Source: Halobacteriaceae archaeon (GTDB lineage Archaea > Halobacteriota > Halobacteria > Halobacteriales > Halobacteriaceae). From it: a stretch of DNA of 64,000 nt. Location of the stretch: NCBI GenBank assembly GCA_042216675.1, contig JBDGTS010000020.1, forward strand, positions 1 to 64,000, in the 5' to 3' direction. Under the pieces are notes generated by a model that had not been told where the DNA came from, did not search any database, and was given only the letters and a program-made list of their open reading frames with translations. Positions 18,648 to 27,656 of the stretch are shown here, in pieces (the first letter of the stretch is position 1; each line of letters opens with the position of its first letter). Made by a program: the position numbers and the translations under genes.

Positions 18648-19235
18648 ATGGCAGGTGAATCCATCCGCAAAATCGAGGCCGGCGACCCGGCACCCGACTT
18701 CGAACTCCCCGGCGTCGACGGGGACGAGTACAGCCTCGGCGACTTCGCCGACGACGAGGCCCTCCTCGTCGTCTTCACGTGCAACCACTGCCCCTACGCG
18801 AAGGCGAAGTTCGACGCCCTGAACGACATCGCCGACGAGTACGACGACGTGTCCGTCGTCGGAATCAACTCGAACGACGCCGACGACTACGAGGACGACT
18901 CCTTCGAGCGAATGCAGGAACTCGTGGAGGACGGCACCATCCGGTACGACGCCTATCTCCGCGACGAGGGTCAGGACGTGGCCGCCGACTACGGTGCCGT
19001 CTGCACGCCCGACCCGTTCCTCTTCGCGAACGAGGGGGGCGAGTTCCGCCTCGTCTACCACGGCGCCCTCGACGACGCGCTGAACCCCGACGACGACCCG
19101 AGCGAGCACTACGTCCGGCAGGCCATCGACGCGGTTCTCGCCGGCGAGGACGTCGACCTCGACTTCGTGCCCTCGCGTGGCTGTACCATCAAGTGGAAAG
19201 CGGGGAACGAACCGGACTACTGGGACGAGGTTTAA
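18648..19235 (+). CDS. Thioredoxin-like/peroxiredoxin-like protein (AhpC-TSA family)
   Basis: APDFELPG, CNHCPY, GAVCTPD, GCTIKW. Confidence 0.88.
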   Translation: MAGESIRKIEAGDPAPDFELPGVDGDEYSLGDFADDEALLVVFTCNHCPYAKAKFDALNDIADEYDDVSVVGINSNDADDYEDDSFERMQELVEDGTIRYDAYLRDEGQDVAADYGAVCTPDPFLFANEGGEFRLVYHGALDDALNPDDDPSEHYVRQAIDAVLAGEDVDLDFVPSRGCTIKWKAGNEPDYWDEV

Positions 19236-20365
19236 ATTCGGAACTCGGCGAGCGCGTCGGGGTCGACTTCGACGCCGATGCCCGGTCGGTCCGGAATCGG
19301 CACCGCGTTTCCGTCGTTCGTGACCGGCGTCTCCACGATGCCCTCCCGAATCGGGTTCGGCGTGCGGTCGAACTCCAGCATCGGCGCCCCCGGCACCGTC
19401 GCGATGGCCTGGAGACTCGCCGCCAGCGCGATTGCGCTCCCGAAGACGTGCGGGACGCACTGAATTCCGGCCGCGTCGGCGGCGCTGGCGACGCGCGCCG
19501 TGGAGGTGATGCCGCCAGCGCTGGTCACGTCCGGTTGCACGTAGTCGACGGCGCCCGCGTCGATGACGCGGTCGAACTCGTGTTGGAACGCCCAGCACTC
19601 CCCGCCGGCCAGCGACACCGCCGCGGCGTCGTTGAGGCGTGCGTAGGAGTCGACGTGCTGGGGGCGAACTGGCTCCTCGAAGAAGTGCACGTCGAGGTCC
19701 GCGAGGCGGTGCGCGACTTCCTCGGCGTCGGCGTAGTCGTAGGCGTGGTTCGCGTCGGCCATGAGTCGCACGTCGTCGCCGACGGCCTCGCGGACGGCGC
19801 GCACGAGAGCCACGTCCTCGTCGATTCCCCAGTCGAAGTGCCGCGCGAGGCCGATTTTCTGCTTCACGGCGTCGAAGCCGGCGTCGACGTGCCCCACGGC
19901 CTCTGAGACGACGACGTCGCGGAGTTCGTCGAAGTCGCCCACGTCGCGGAAGAAGCCACCGGTGGCGTAGGCCCGCACCTCGTCGCGGCGGCGCTCCGCG
20001 AGCAGTCGCGAGACGGACTGCCCGACGGCCTTGCCGTAGGCGTCCCAGAGGGCGATGTCCACGCCGCTGACGACGCCCGCCGGCACCGTCGAGTGATAGG
20101 CGGCGCGCAGGTCGAAGTGCAAGTCGTCGTGGAGGCGCGCCACGTCACGCACGTCCTCGCCTTCGAGTGCCGGCGCCACCCGGTCCTCCAGAATCTCGCG
20201 GTTGCCGGCGACGGGACCCCAGCACTCGCCCCATCCGACGGTGCCGTCGTCGAGGGTGACCCGGACGAGGCAGTACTCGCGGGCCGAGATCCACTTCTGA
20301 GCGTTCGCGATCGGTTCCTCGAGTTCGCGCCGGATGGGTACGGCCTCCACGTCGGCGACGTCCAT
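19232..20365 (-). CDS. Mandelate racemase/enolase superfamily enzyme, D-galactarolactone cycloisomerase-like
   Basis: GWGE, SGVDIALWD, RAYAT, KQKIG, DANHAY, FEEP, AGGE, QPD, PHVF, LEFDRTPNP. Confidence 0.8.
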   Translation of the reverse strand: MDVADVEAVPIRRELEEPIANAQKWISAREYCLVRVTLDDGTVGWGECWGPVAGNREILEDRVAPALEGEDVRDVARLHDDLHFDLRAAYHSTVPAGVVSGVDIALWDAYGKAVGQSVSRLLAERRRDEVRAYATGGFFRDVGDFDELRDVVVSEAVGHVDAGFDAVKQKIGLARHFDWGIDEDVALVRAVREAVGDDVRLMADANHAYDYADAEEVAHRLADLDVHFFEEPVRPQHVDSYARLNDAAAVSLAGGECWAFQHEFDRVIDAGAVDYVQPDVTSAGGITSTARVASAADAAGIQCVPHVFGSAIALAASLQAIATVPGAPMLEFDRTPNPIREGIVETPVTNDGNAVPIPDRPGIGVEVDPDALAEFRI

Positions 20366-20437
20366 GCCGGTGGGCGGTCCCGGGGGGCCGTGAACCTTTC
20401 CCCCGGCTTTACGTGGAGCGGGGGCCGACGGGGGCGC

Positions 20438-21493
20438 ATGGCACACGACGTTGCGGTCATCCCCGGGGACGGCATCGGACCGGAAGTCGTCGGCGCGGTC
20501 GAACCGCTCCTCGACGCGGTGGCCGACGCCCACGGCGTCTCCCTCGACTACACCCACTTCGACTGGGGGAGCGAGTACTACCGCCAGCACGGCGAGATGA
20601 TGCCCGACGACGGCCTCGACGAACTCGAAGCCCACGACGCGATTCTGCTCGGCGCGGTGGGCCACCCCGACGTGCCGGACCACGTCACCCTCCACGGCCT
20701 CCTCCTGCCCATCCGCAAGGGCTTCGACCAGTACGTCTGCAAGCGCCCGGCGGTCCTCTACGAGGGCCTTCAGAGTCCCCTGCGTGGCTACGAGGGCGGC
20801 GACATCGACTTCGTGGTGTACCGCGAGAACACCGAGGGCGAGTACGCCGACGTGGGCGGCCGCGAACACCGCGGCTTCGACCACGAGGTGGCCGTCCAGA
20901 GCAACGTGTTCACGCGCCGGGGCGTCGAGCGAGTCGTCCGCGCGGGGTTCGAGGCGGCCGCCGACCGCGAGGGACACCTCACGAGCGTCACGAAGTCGAA
21001 CGCGCAGGCCCACAGCATGGTGTTCTGGGACGACGTGGTCGAAGAAGTCGCCGCCGAGTACCCCGGCGTCGAGGTGGAGCGACTGCTCGTGGACGCGGCG
21101 AGCATGGACCTCGTGCGCCGCCCGGAGGAGTTCGACGTGCTGGTCGCGTCGAACCTCTTCGGCGACGTGCTGACCGACGTCGGCGCCGTCGTCTCGGGGA
21201 GCATGGGCCTCGCGCCCTCCGCGAACGTCAACCCCGAGGGCGAGTTCCCCTCGATGTTCGAACCGGTCCACGGGAGCGCCCCCGACATCGTCGGCGAGGG
21301 CGTCGCGAACCCCCTCGCCACCGTCCTCTCGGCGGCGATGCTGTTCGAGAACCTCGGCGAGGAGGCCGCGGGCGCGACGCTTCGAGATGCCGTCGCCGCC
21401 CAGTTGGCCGACCCTGACGGCCCCCGGACGCCGGACCTCGGCGGCGACGCGGGCACCGAGGCCGTGGTCGCCGACCTTCGGGACCGCATCTGA
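20438..21493 (+). CDS. Tartrate/D-malate dehydrogenase-like (isocitrate/isopropylmalate dehydrogenase family)
   Basis: IPGDGIGPEV, RENTEGEY, SVTKSNAQ, SNLFGDVLTD, FEPVHGSAPDI. Confidence 0.85.
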   Translation: MAHDVAVIPGDGIGPEVVGAVEPLLDAVADAHGVSLDYTHFDWGSEYYRQHGEMMPDDGLDELEAHDAILLGAVGHPDVPDHVTLHGLLLPIRKGFDQYVCKRPAVLYEGLQSPLRGYEGGDIDFVVYRENTEGEYADVGGREHRGFDHEVAVQSNVFTRRGVERVVRAGFEAAADREGHLTSVTKSNAQAHSMVFWDDVVEEVAAEYPGVEVERLLVDAASMDLVRRPEEFDVLVASNLFGDVLTDVGAVVSGSMGLAPSANVNPEGEFPSMFEPVHGSAPDIVGEGVANPLATVLSAAMLFENLGEEAAGATLRDAVAAQLADPDGPRTPDLGGDAGTEAVVADLRDRI

Positions 21494-21541
21494 GGGCCGT
21501 AGCAATCGAGTTTTAGGTGTTCGGCGCCAACGGATGCGCTA

Positions 21542-23236
21542 ATGACCGCTCCGGACCCGGCCGCTCTCGACGTCGTCATCGTGGATGGCTACGTCGACGA
21601 ACCGGCGCACTTCGGCGTCCCGCCCTACATCTCCACGTACCCCCGGTACGTCGCGGGTGCGCTGGTCGACGCGGGCGTGGCACAGGGGGCGATTGCCTAC
21701 CACACCATCGACGAGATTCGAGAGACACCGGCGCTCCGCGGCGACGTGGCCGACGCGGACCTGTTCGTCTACGTCGGCGGGATGACCGTCCCCGGCAAGT
21801 ACGTCGGCGGCACTCCCGCCGAACCCGACGAGGTGCGCGACCTCGCGTGGACGGCCGAGGGCGTCTCGATGATGGGCGGCCCGGTCCGCTTCGGCGTCGG
21901 CGACGAGAACGAGGGCGCCACCGACACCGAGCGCAAGGACCTCGACTACGACTTCGTGGCGAAAGGCGACGTGGAGGCGGCGGCTTTCGACCTCGTGACG
22001 AACGGGCTGGAGGGGTTCTCCGACCGGATGCGCGACGTGAGCGAGGTGACGCAGTGGGCACGCGACGGCGCGTTCGTCGTCGAGCAACACCCCTGTCACC
22101 CGGACTACCTCATCGCCGAGATGGAGACGTCCCGTGGCTGTGCCTACCGCTGTTCGTTCTGCACGGAACCGCTGTACGGCGACCCGGACTTCCGCCCGCC
22201 GCCGAGCGTCGTCGGCGAGGTGGACGCGCTCTCGGACCACGACGTCGCGCACTTTCGCCTCGGGCGGCAGGCCGACATCCTCGCCTACGGCGGCGACGGC
22301 GAGAAGCCGAACCCCGACGCCCTCCGCACCCTCTACGGCGGGATTCGGGAGGTGGCCCCCGACCTGCAGACGCTCCATCTCGACAACATGAATCCGGTGA
22401 CTATCGTGGACTACCCCGAACTGTCACGGGAAGGCATCGAGGTCATCGCCGAACACAACACGCCCGGCGACACCGCCGCGTTCGGCCTCGAATCCGCGGA
22501 CCCGCTCGTGCAGGAAAAGAACAACCTCCTCGTCACCGCCGAGGAGTGCCGCGAGGCCGTGCGCGTCGTCAACGAGGTGGCCGGGTGGCGCCCGAGCGAG
22601 GACCGTCTGCCGAAACTGCTCCCCGGCATCAACCTCGTCCACGGATTGGAGGGCGAGCGACCGGAGACGTACGAGCACAACCGCCAGTTCCTCCAGTCGC
22701 TGCTGGACGAGGACCTGCTCGTCAGGCGCATCAACATCCGGCAGGTGATGGCCTTCGCCGGCACGGAGATGTCCGACACCGGCGCCGACATCGCGAAGGC
22801 CCACAAGGAGCAGTTCAAGTCCTACAAGCGCGAGATTCGGGAGACGGTGGACAACCCGATGCTCCAGCGGCTCGCGCCGCCGGGGACCGTCCTCCCCGAC
22901 GTGCATCTCGAATATCACGAGGACGGCACCACCTTCGGCCGGCAGTTGGGTACCTACCCCCTGCTCGTCGGGATACCCGGGGAGCGACCGCTCGGGGAAA
23001 CCATCGACGTGGCCATCGTCGGCCACGGCTACCGGTCGGTGACCGGCGTGCCCTACCCCCTCGACCTCAACGAGGCGTCGATGAACGAACTCCGCGCCAT
23101 CCCCGGCATCGGCAAGAGCAGGGCAGGCGACATCGTGGTCGGGCGGCCATACGGGTCCGTCAGCGAAGTGGCGGCCGGCGCCGACGTGGACCTGACGCGC
23201 TTCGCCACCGTCTCGGCACCGAGCGCGGGCGACTAG
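21542..23236 (+). CDS. Radical SAM protein with C-terminal TRAM-like and helix-hairpin-helix regions (COG1031-like)
   Basis: ETSRGCAYRCSFC (CxxxCxxC); DGYVDEPAHFGVPPY; LRAIPGIGKSRA HhH. Confidence 0.85.
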   Translation: MTAPDPAALDVVIVDGYVDEPAHFGVPPYISTYPRYVAGALVDAGVAQGAIAYHTIDEIRETPALRGDVADADLFVYVGGMTVPGKYVGGTPAEPDEVRDLAWTAEGVSMMGGPVRFGVGDENEGATDTERKDLDYDFVAKGDVEAAAFDLVTNGLEGFSDRMRDVSEVTQWARDGAFVVEQHPCHPDYLIAEMETSRGCAYRCSFCTEPLYGDPDFRPPPSVVGEVDALSDHDVAHFRLGRQADILAYGGDGEKPNPDALRTLYGGIREVAPDLQTLHLDNMNPVTIVDYPELSREGIEVIAEHNTPGDTAAFGLESADPLVQEKNNLLVTAEECREAVRVVNEVAGWRPSEDRLPKLLPGINLVHGLEGERPETYEHNRQFLQSLLDEDLLVRRINIRQVMAFAGTEMSDTGADIAKAHKEQFKSYKREIRETVDNPMLQRLAPPGTVLPDVHLEYHEDGTTFGRQLGTYPLLVGIPGERPLGETIDVAIVGHGYRSVTGVPYPLDLNEASMNELRAIPGIGKSRAGDIVVGRPYGSVSEVAAGADVDLTRFATVSAPSAGD

Positions 23237-23748
23237 TCGCGGCGCTCCGCGGCCGTCTCGAACGCCGTCTCGTCGAGTTCGTCGCTCCGGCGCGCCTCGG
23301 CCGCGGCGAGTGCCTCCGGGTCGGGGTTCGCGTCGTCGTCGACCCGCGCGAAGGAATCGTGGACCTTCGCGTGACACCAGCGACAGAGCAGTACCGTGAT
23401 TTCGTGGGAGAGGGCGTCGCTGTCGGGGTACGAGAGGTGGTGTTCTTCGAGGAGCGGCCGCGAGTCGGAGTGGGCGTCCCGGCGCTCTTCGAGACCACAG
23501 CGGGCGCACTCGTCGGCGCCCGTCAGCGACCGGAAGTGCGGGCAGTCCGCCCAGTCCCAGTCGCTCTCGGGGTCCGCGGCCGGGCACAGCAGGTCGTCGC
23601 GACGGCGTTCGGCCGCGAACTCCGGGTCGTGGCCCGCGTGTTCGGCGGCGTAGCGACACCGCCCGTCGTCGGTGAGGTGGTCGCACAGGTCGGCGTGGGC
23701 GTAGGGGTCGTCCACGCCGACGGGGGTGCCACGGGGCGTCTCCGTCAT
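23233..23748 (-). CDS. Cys/His-rich protein with HNH-like zinc-binding C-terminus
   Basis: CARCG...LEEHH...VLLCRWCHAKVH; extra N-terminal Cys residues. Confidence 0.65.
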   Translation of the reverse strand: MTETPRGTPVGVDDPYAHADLCDHLTDDGRCRYAAEHAGHDPEFAAERRRDDLLCPAADPESDWDWADCPHFRSLTGADECARCGLEERRDAHSDSRPLLEEHHLSYPDSDALSHEITVLLCRWCHAKVHDSFARVDDDANPDPEALAAAEARRSDELDETAFETAAERRD

Positions 23749-23823
23749 CGGCGGAGGGAGGGGCGCGGCCGACGAAACGCTTGCGCCCGACAGGCCTTTA
23801 CTACCGCCCGCGAATCTCCACCC

Positions 23824-24183
23824 GTGCGACTGGTCCACGAACCCGCCGACGGCGACGCCCGAACGCTGGCCGAGGACGCCGAAGTCGCGGACTCGTTTCT
23901 CTCCCGGGCCCGCGGGCTGATGTTCAGACGCGAGTTCCCGCCGGCACTGGCGTTTTGCTTCGACGACGTGGGGCGCCGGTCGCTTCACATGGCGTTCGTG
24001 TTCGCGCCCATCGACGCCGTCTGGGTGGCCGACGGGACGGTGGTGCAGGTGAAACGGCTCTCGCCGTGGACCGGGACGGGCCTCGCGGCGGCGGACCTCG
24101 TCGTCGAACTGCCGGCCGGGGGCGCGGCGGCCGTCGAGGAGGGCGATTCGATACGGTTGGTCGAAGGGACCGACAATCTTTAG
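23824..24183 (+). CDS. DUF192 family protein
   Basis: EVADSFLSRARGLMFR, LHMAFVFAPIDAVW, VVELPAG. Confidence 0.85.
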   Translation: MRLVHEPADGDARTLAEDAEVADSFLSRARGLMFRREFPPALAFCFDDVGRRSLHMAFVFAPIDAVWVADGTVVQVKRLSPWTGTGLAAADLVVELPAGGAAAVEEGDSIRLVEGTDNL

Positions 24184-24222
24184 ACGACGCGGCGGGTAAG
24201 TTGTGTATGGTGTCTATGTCCG

Positions 24223-25743
24223 GTGAGCACTTTATTCGCCCCTGAAGGGGCACACAACACAGACGTCGAGTTTCTTGACACGACGCTACGCGACGGCGAA
24301 CAGGCACCGGGCGTCTCGCTGACGCCGGAGGAAAAAGCCGACATCGCCCAGCACCTCGACCGCGCAGGGGTCTCCTACATCGAGGCCGGGAGCGCCTGCA
24401 CGAGCGCCGACGAGCGGGCGGCCATCAGTCGCGTCACCGACCTCGACTTGGACGCGACGGTGACCAGTTTCGCCCGCGGCGTGAAAGGCGACATCGACAA
24501 GGCGCTGAGCGTCGACGTGGACGGCGTCAACCTCGTCGTGCCGGCCAGCGACCGGCACATCGAGGGCAAAATCGGGACCGACCGCGACAGCGTGGTCGAG
24601 CGAACGCAGGACCTCGTCGCCTACGCCAAGGAGCAGGGCCTCTGGGTCGAGGTCATCGGCGAGGACGGCTCCCGCGCCGACCTCGACTTCCTCGAACGCC
24701 TGATGGCGGGCGCCCTCGACGCGGGCGCGGACCGCATCTGCTACGCCGACACGGTCGGCCACGCGGGCCCCGAGGAAGTCTACGAGTCCGTCGCCCGGCT
24801 CTCCGAGTTGGGGCCGGTGAGCGCACACACCCACGACGACCTCGGCCTCGGCGTGACGAACGCCTTCGCCGCGCTCTCGGCGGGCGCCGACCTCGTCCAC
24901 GCCACCGTCAACGGCATCGGCGAACGTGCCGGCAACGTCGCGATGGAGGAAGTCGCCATCGCGCTCTGGCACCGCTACGACGTGGACACGGTCGAGTTGG
25001 AGGAACTGTACGGCCTCGCCGAGCGGGTGGCGGACGCGACCGGCATCCCCCTCCCACCGAACAAGGCCGTCGTCGGCGAGAACACCTTCACGCACGAGAG
25101 TGGCATCCACACGGACGGCACGCTGAAGGACGAAGCGATGTACGAGCCCTATCCCCCGGAGACGGTGGGCCGGGAGCGCCGCCTCGTCCTCGGGAAGCAC
25201 GCGGGCCGCGCGGGCGTGAAGGCCGCCCTCGCCGAACACGACGTGGAGGTCACAGACGAGGAACTCGGGGACATCGTGGAGCGCGTGAAGTCCATCGGCG
25301 CACGCGGCAAGCGAGTCACCGACGCGGACCTGCTCGCCATCGCCGAGGAGGTGAGCGGGTCCGAGCGGGACCGCCGCGTCGAACTCGTGGACCTCACGTG
25401 CATGAGCGGCGGCGCGACGCCCACCGCGAGCGTGCGCCTCACCGTCGACGGCGAGGAGCGCGTGTCGAGTGGGACCGGCTCCGGGCCCGTCGACGCGGCG
25501 CTGAACGCCGTGCGGGGCGCCCTCGACCAGCAGACGTTCCACCTCGACGGCTACCACGTCGACGCCGTCACCGGCGGCACGGACGCCGTCGTCACGGTGG
25601 AAGTGACGCTGACCCGCGGCGACCGGACGGTCACGGTGGCCGCGAGCGACGCCGACATCACTCGCGCGAGCGTCGTCGCGATGGTGAACGCGCTCGACCG
25701 CCTCCTTCCGCCCAAGGAGGACGCCGAGGTGCGCGCGGACTGA
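24223..25743 (+). CDS. cimA: (R)-citramalate synthase / 2-isopropylmalate synthase family
   Basis: DTTLRDGEQ, HTHDDLG, GIGERAGN, HESGIH and a regulatory domain (GSGPVDA); CimA versus LeuA is not fully resolvable by eye. Confidence 0.75.
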   Translation: MSTLFAPEGAHNTDVEFLDTTLRDGEQAPGVSLTPEEKADIAQHLDRAGVSYIEAGSACTSADERAAISRVTDLDLDATVTSFARGVKGDIDKALSVDVDGVNLVVPASDRHIEGKIGTDRDSVVERTQDLVAYAKEQGLWVEVIGEDGSRADLDFLERLMAGALDAGADRICYADTVGHAGPEEVYESVARLSELGPVSAHTHDDLGLGVTNAFAALSAGADLVHATVNGIGERAGNVAMEEVAIALWHRYDVDTVELEELYGLAERVADATGIPLPPNKAVVGENTFTHESGIHTDGTLKDEAMYEPYPPETVGRERRLVLGKHAGRAGVKAALAEHDVEVTDEELGDIVERVKSIGARGKRVTDADLLAIAEEVSGSERDRRVELVDLTCMSGGATPTASVRLTVDGEERVSSGTGSGPVDAALNAVRGALDQQTFHLDGYHVDAVTGGTDAVVTVEVTLTRGDRTVTVAASDADITRASVVAMVNALDRLLPPKEDAEVRAD

Positions 25744-25793
25744 GGGCATCTCCGGACTGTAACGCTTTTATCAGGGTCGCTCGAAACGCCTCC

Positions 25794-26084
25794 GTGAGCG
25801 GATACGTCGTCGCCGTCAAGAACTCCGCGCGCCGGGCCAACGGCGTCGTGGGCCGCCTCGTCTTCGAGAGCGGCGCCCACCACCACCTCGCCAACCGCGC
25901 GGCGGCGGACGCGTGGGCCGCCAGCCTCTCGGCCCGCGGCGGCGTCCACGTCTGGATTCGGGACGCCAACCCCGGCGACGACGACGCCGACGGCTACCTC
26001 GTCCGGCGACGCGGCGCGTGGCGCGAGCGGACGGCCGAGGGCCCCATGGAGGAAGTCGCAGGGCTCGGCCGCTTCGAAGTCTGA
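25794..26084 (+). CDS. Small hypothetical protein
   Basis: GTG start about 28 nt after TTTTAT; YVVAVKNSARR...WAASLS...DGYL. Confidence 0.55.
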   Translation: MSGYVVAVKNSARRANGVVGRLVFESGAHHHLANRAAADAWAASLSARGGVHVWIRDANPGDDDADGYLVRRRGAWRERTAEGPMEEVAGLGRFEV

Positions 26085-26300
26085 TCAGAGGCGCCGCCGG
26101 AGCCACGCCCAGACGCGCTGGATTGGCGTGTCACCGTCCTCGGGTGGTCGGGCGCGCGCGGCCGGAACGGCCTCGGTGTCCGAGAGCGCGGGGCAGTCGT
26201 GTGCCGTGGGTCGCCCGTGCGCCGGGCAGTACGTCTCCTCACAGCCCGCACACCGGACTGGCTCGGACACTTCCGCCCCACAGACGCGGCAGCCCGCCAT
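26085..26300 (-). CDS. AN1-type zinc-finger small protein
   Basis: CRVCG...RCAGCEETYCPAHGRPTAHDC. Confidence 0.75.
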   Translation of the reverse strand: MAGCRVCGAEVSEPVRCAGCEETYCPAHGRPTAHDCPALSDTEAVPAARARPPEDGDTPIQRVWAWLRRRL

Positions 26301-26338
26301 CTATCGGAGCGTGCGCGACGGCGCGAAATAGCGTGTCG

Positions 26339-26727
26339 GTTCGGACCGAAACTCCGCGAACGGAACTCGGAGACGCGCCGAAGGGGAGATTTGAACTACC
26401 TCGTCGGCTCGCTGTCGCTCGCCGTCGCGTCGTTCAAATCACCGACGGCGACACCTTTGCTCGCGGAGCCGAGACTCCGCGAGCGAATACAGTAGAGCGC
26501 CGAGGGGGAGATTTGAACCTCAGTCGCTGACGCTCCCTGCTTCAAATCTCACGGCCTTCACCGTGTTCGCGGAGCCGAGACTCCGCGAACGAGTATCGGA
26601 GAAGCGCCGAGGGGGAGATTTGAACTCCGGTCACTCGCGTTCGCTCGTTCCCCAGTTCAAATCTCACGCCGTCCGTCTCGACTGGCGAGCGACACGCGAA
26701 GCGGTCGCTCGCTGGTCTTCGACAGGA
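26339..26727. repeat. Array of three structured ~107-124 bp units, each carrying a copy of the tRNA-Ser 3' end
   Basis: GCGCCGA(A/G)GGGGAGATTTGAAC at 26375, 26497, 26604 and 26728 (the tRNA itself); internal inverted repeats. Confidence 0.85.
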
Positions 26728-26728
26728 G

Positions 26729-26813
26729 CGCCGAGGGGGAGATTTGAACTCCCGAGTCCTCTCGGACAGTTGATCTCGAATCAACCGCCTTGGCCGGGCT
26801 AGGCTACCTCGGC
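26729..26813 (-). tRNA. tRNA-Ser(CGA)
   Basis: Reverse strand GCCGAGGTAGCCTAGCCCGGCCAAGGCGGTTGATTCGAGATCAACTGTCCGAGAGGACTCGGGAGTTCAAATCTCCCCCTCGGCG: acceptor stem, CGA anticodon, long variable arm, T-loop; no encoded CCA. Confidence 0.95.
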
Positions 26814-26938
26814 TCACCCAAACCTACCCGCCGCGCGTCGTTTAGCCGTTTCGATTCGCGCCGTTCTCAGGGCGCTGGAACGCCGTCGAAGGTGTTCGGC
26901 GGTGGAACCATCCAGTTTACTCTGGTTCCTCTGAACAT

Positions 26939-27091
26939 ATGGTGGAGGGTACCGACAGTTCGGCAGACGTACCGTGGCCCCAGCAGCTACTGGAGAGCGA
27001 GTGGCTCCTCGCGGGAGCGGCACTGCTCTTCTTCACGCTGTCGTACATCGTCTGGGGCCTAATTGACCTACTGACGATTCCGTCGGGGTGA
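26939..27091 (+). CDS. Small single-TM protein, putative small subunit of the heme-copper enzyme (50 aa, not in ORF track)
   Basis: MVEGTDSSADVPWPQQLLESEWLLAGAALLFFTLSYIVWGLIDLLTIPSG*; ends 4 nt before subunit II. Confidence 0.7.
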   Translation: MVEGTDSSADVPWPQQLLESEWLLAGAALLFFTLSYIVWGLIDLLTIPSG

Positions 27092-27095
27092 TTCC

Positions 27096-27656
27096 ATGGC
27101 CGACCAATCACCGCTCGACAGACCCGAGGGGGACTGGTGGAACACCGAGGTCAACCGCCGCGAGACACTGTGGCTCGGCATCTCCGGCGTCTGGGCCGCG
27201 ACCATCTTCGGGTGGATGCTCGGGTGGACGCAGGTGGGCGACCAGAACCAGATCGGGCCGACCTACGAGGTGCCGCCCAAAGAGTACCAGAACAAAGTGG
27301 CGTCGTACAAGGAGACGGCCGGCACGACCCAAATCGGGGGCGAGGAGGTCCTCGTCCCCGCGGGCGAAGACGTCTACGTCGGCGCACTCCAGTGGGCGTG
27401 GGACGGCCTCCCCGTGGCGCTGGAGGCGGGCAAGACGTACACGTTCCATCTGGGCTCCTACGACGTGCAACACGGCTTCTCTATCCGCCGGGAGGCGAAC
27501 CTGAGCCAGCAGATATCGCTGCAGATACTCCCCGGCTACGAGTGGGAGCTAGAGATGTCCTTCGACGACCCCGGCACGTACCACGTCGTCTGCAACGAGT
27601 TCTGTGGCACCGGCCACCGGTCGATGCACGGGAAACTGTTCGTGAAGGGTGACTGA
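27096..27656 (+). CDS. Heme-copper oxidoreductase subunit II (CuA domain, one TM)
   Basis: DVQHGF and CNEFCGTGHRSM CuA ligands. Confidence 0.9.
   Translation: MADQSPLDRPEGDWWNTEVNRRETLWLGISGVWAATIFGWMLGWTQVGDQNQIGPTYEVPPKEYQNKVASYKETAGTTQIGGEEVLVPAGEDVYVGALQWAWDGLPVALEAGKTYTFHLGSYDVQHGFSIRREANLSQQISLQILPGYEWELEMSFDDPGTYHVVCNEFCGTGHRSMHGKLFVKGD

Noticed and set aside
23233-23748. Mobile homing endonuclease
   Set aside because: No intron, intein or flanking repeats; codon usage matches resident genes.
26375-26752. CRISPR array
   Set aside because: The repeat is the tRNA-Ser 3' end; the intervening sequences are 85-100 nt, partly similar to each other and hairpin-rich; no cas genes are present.
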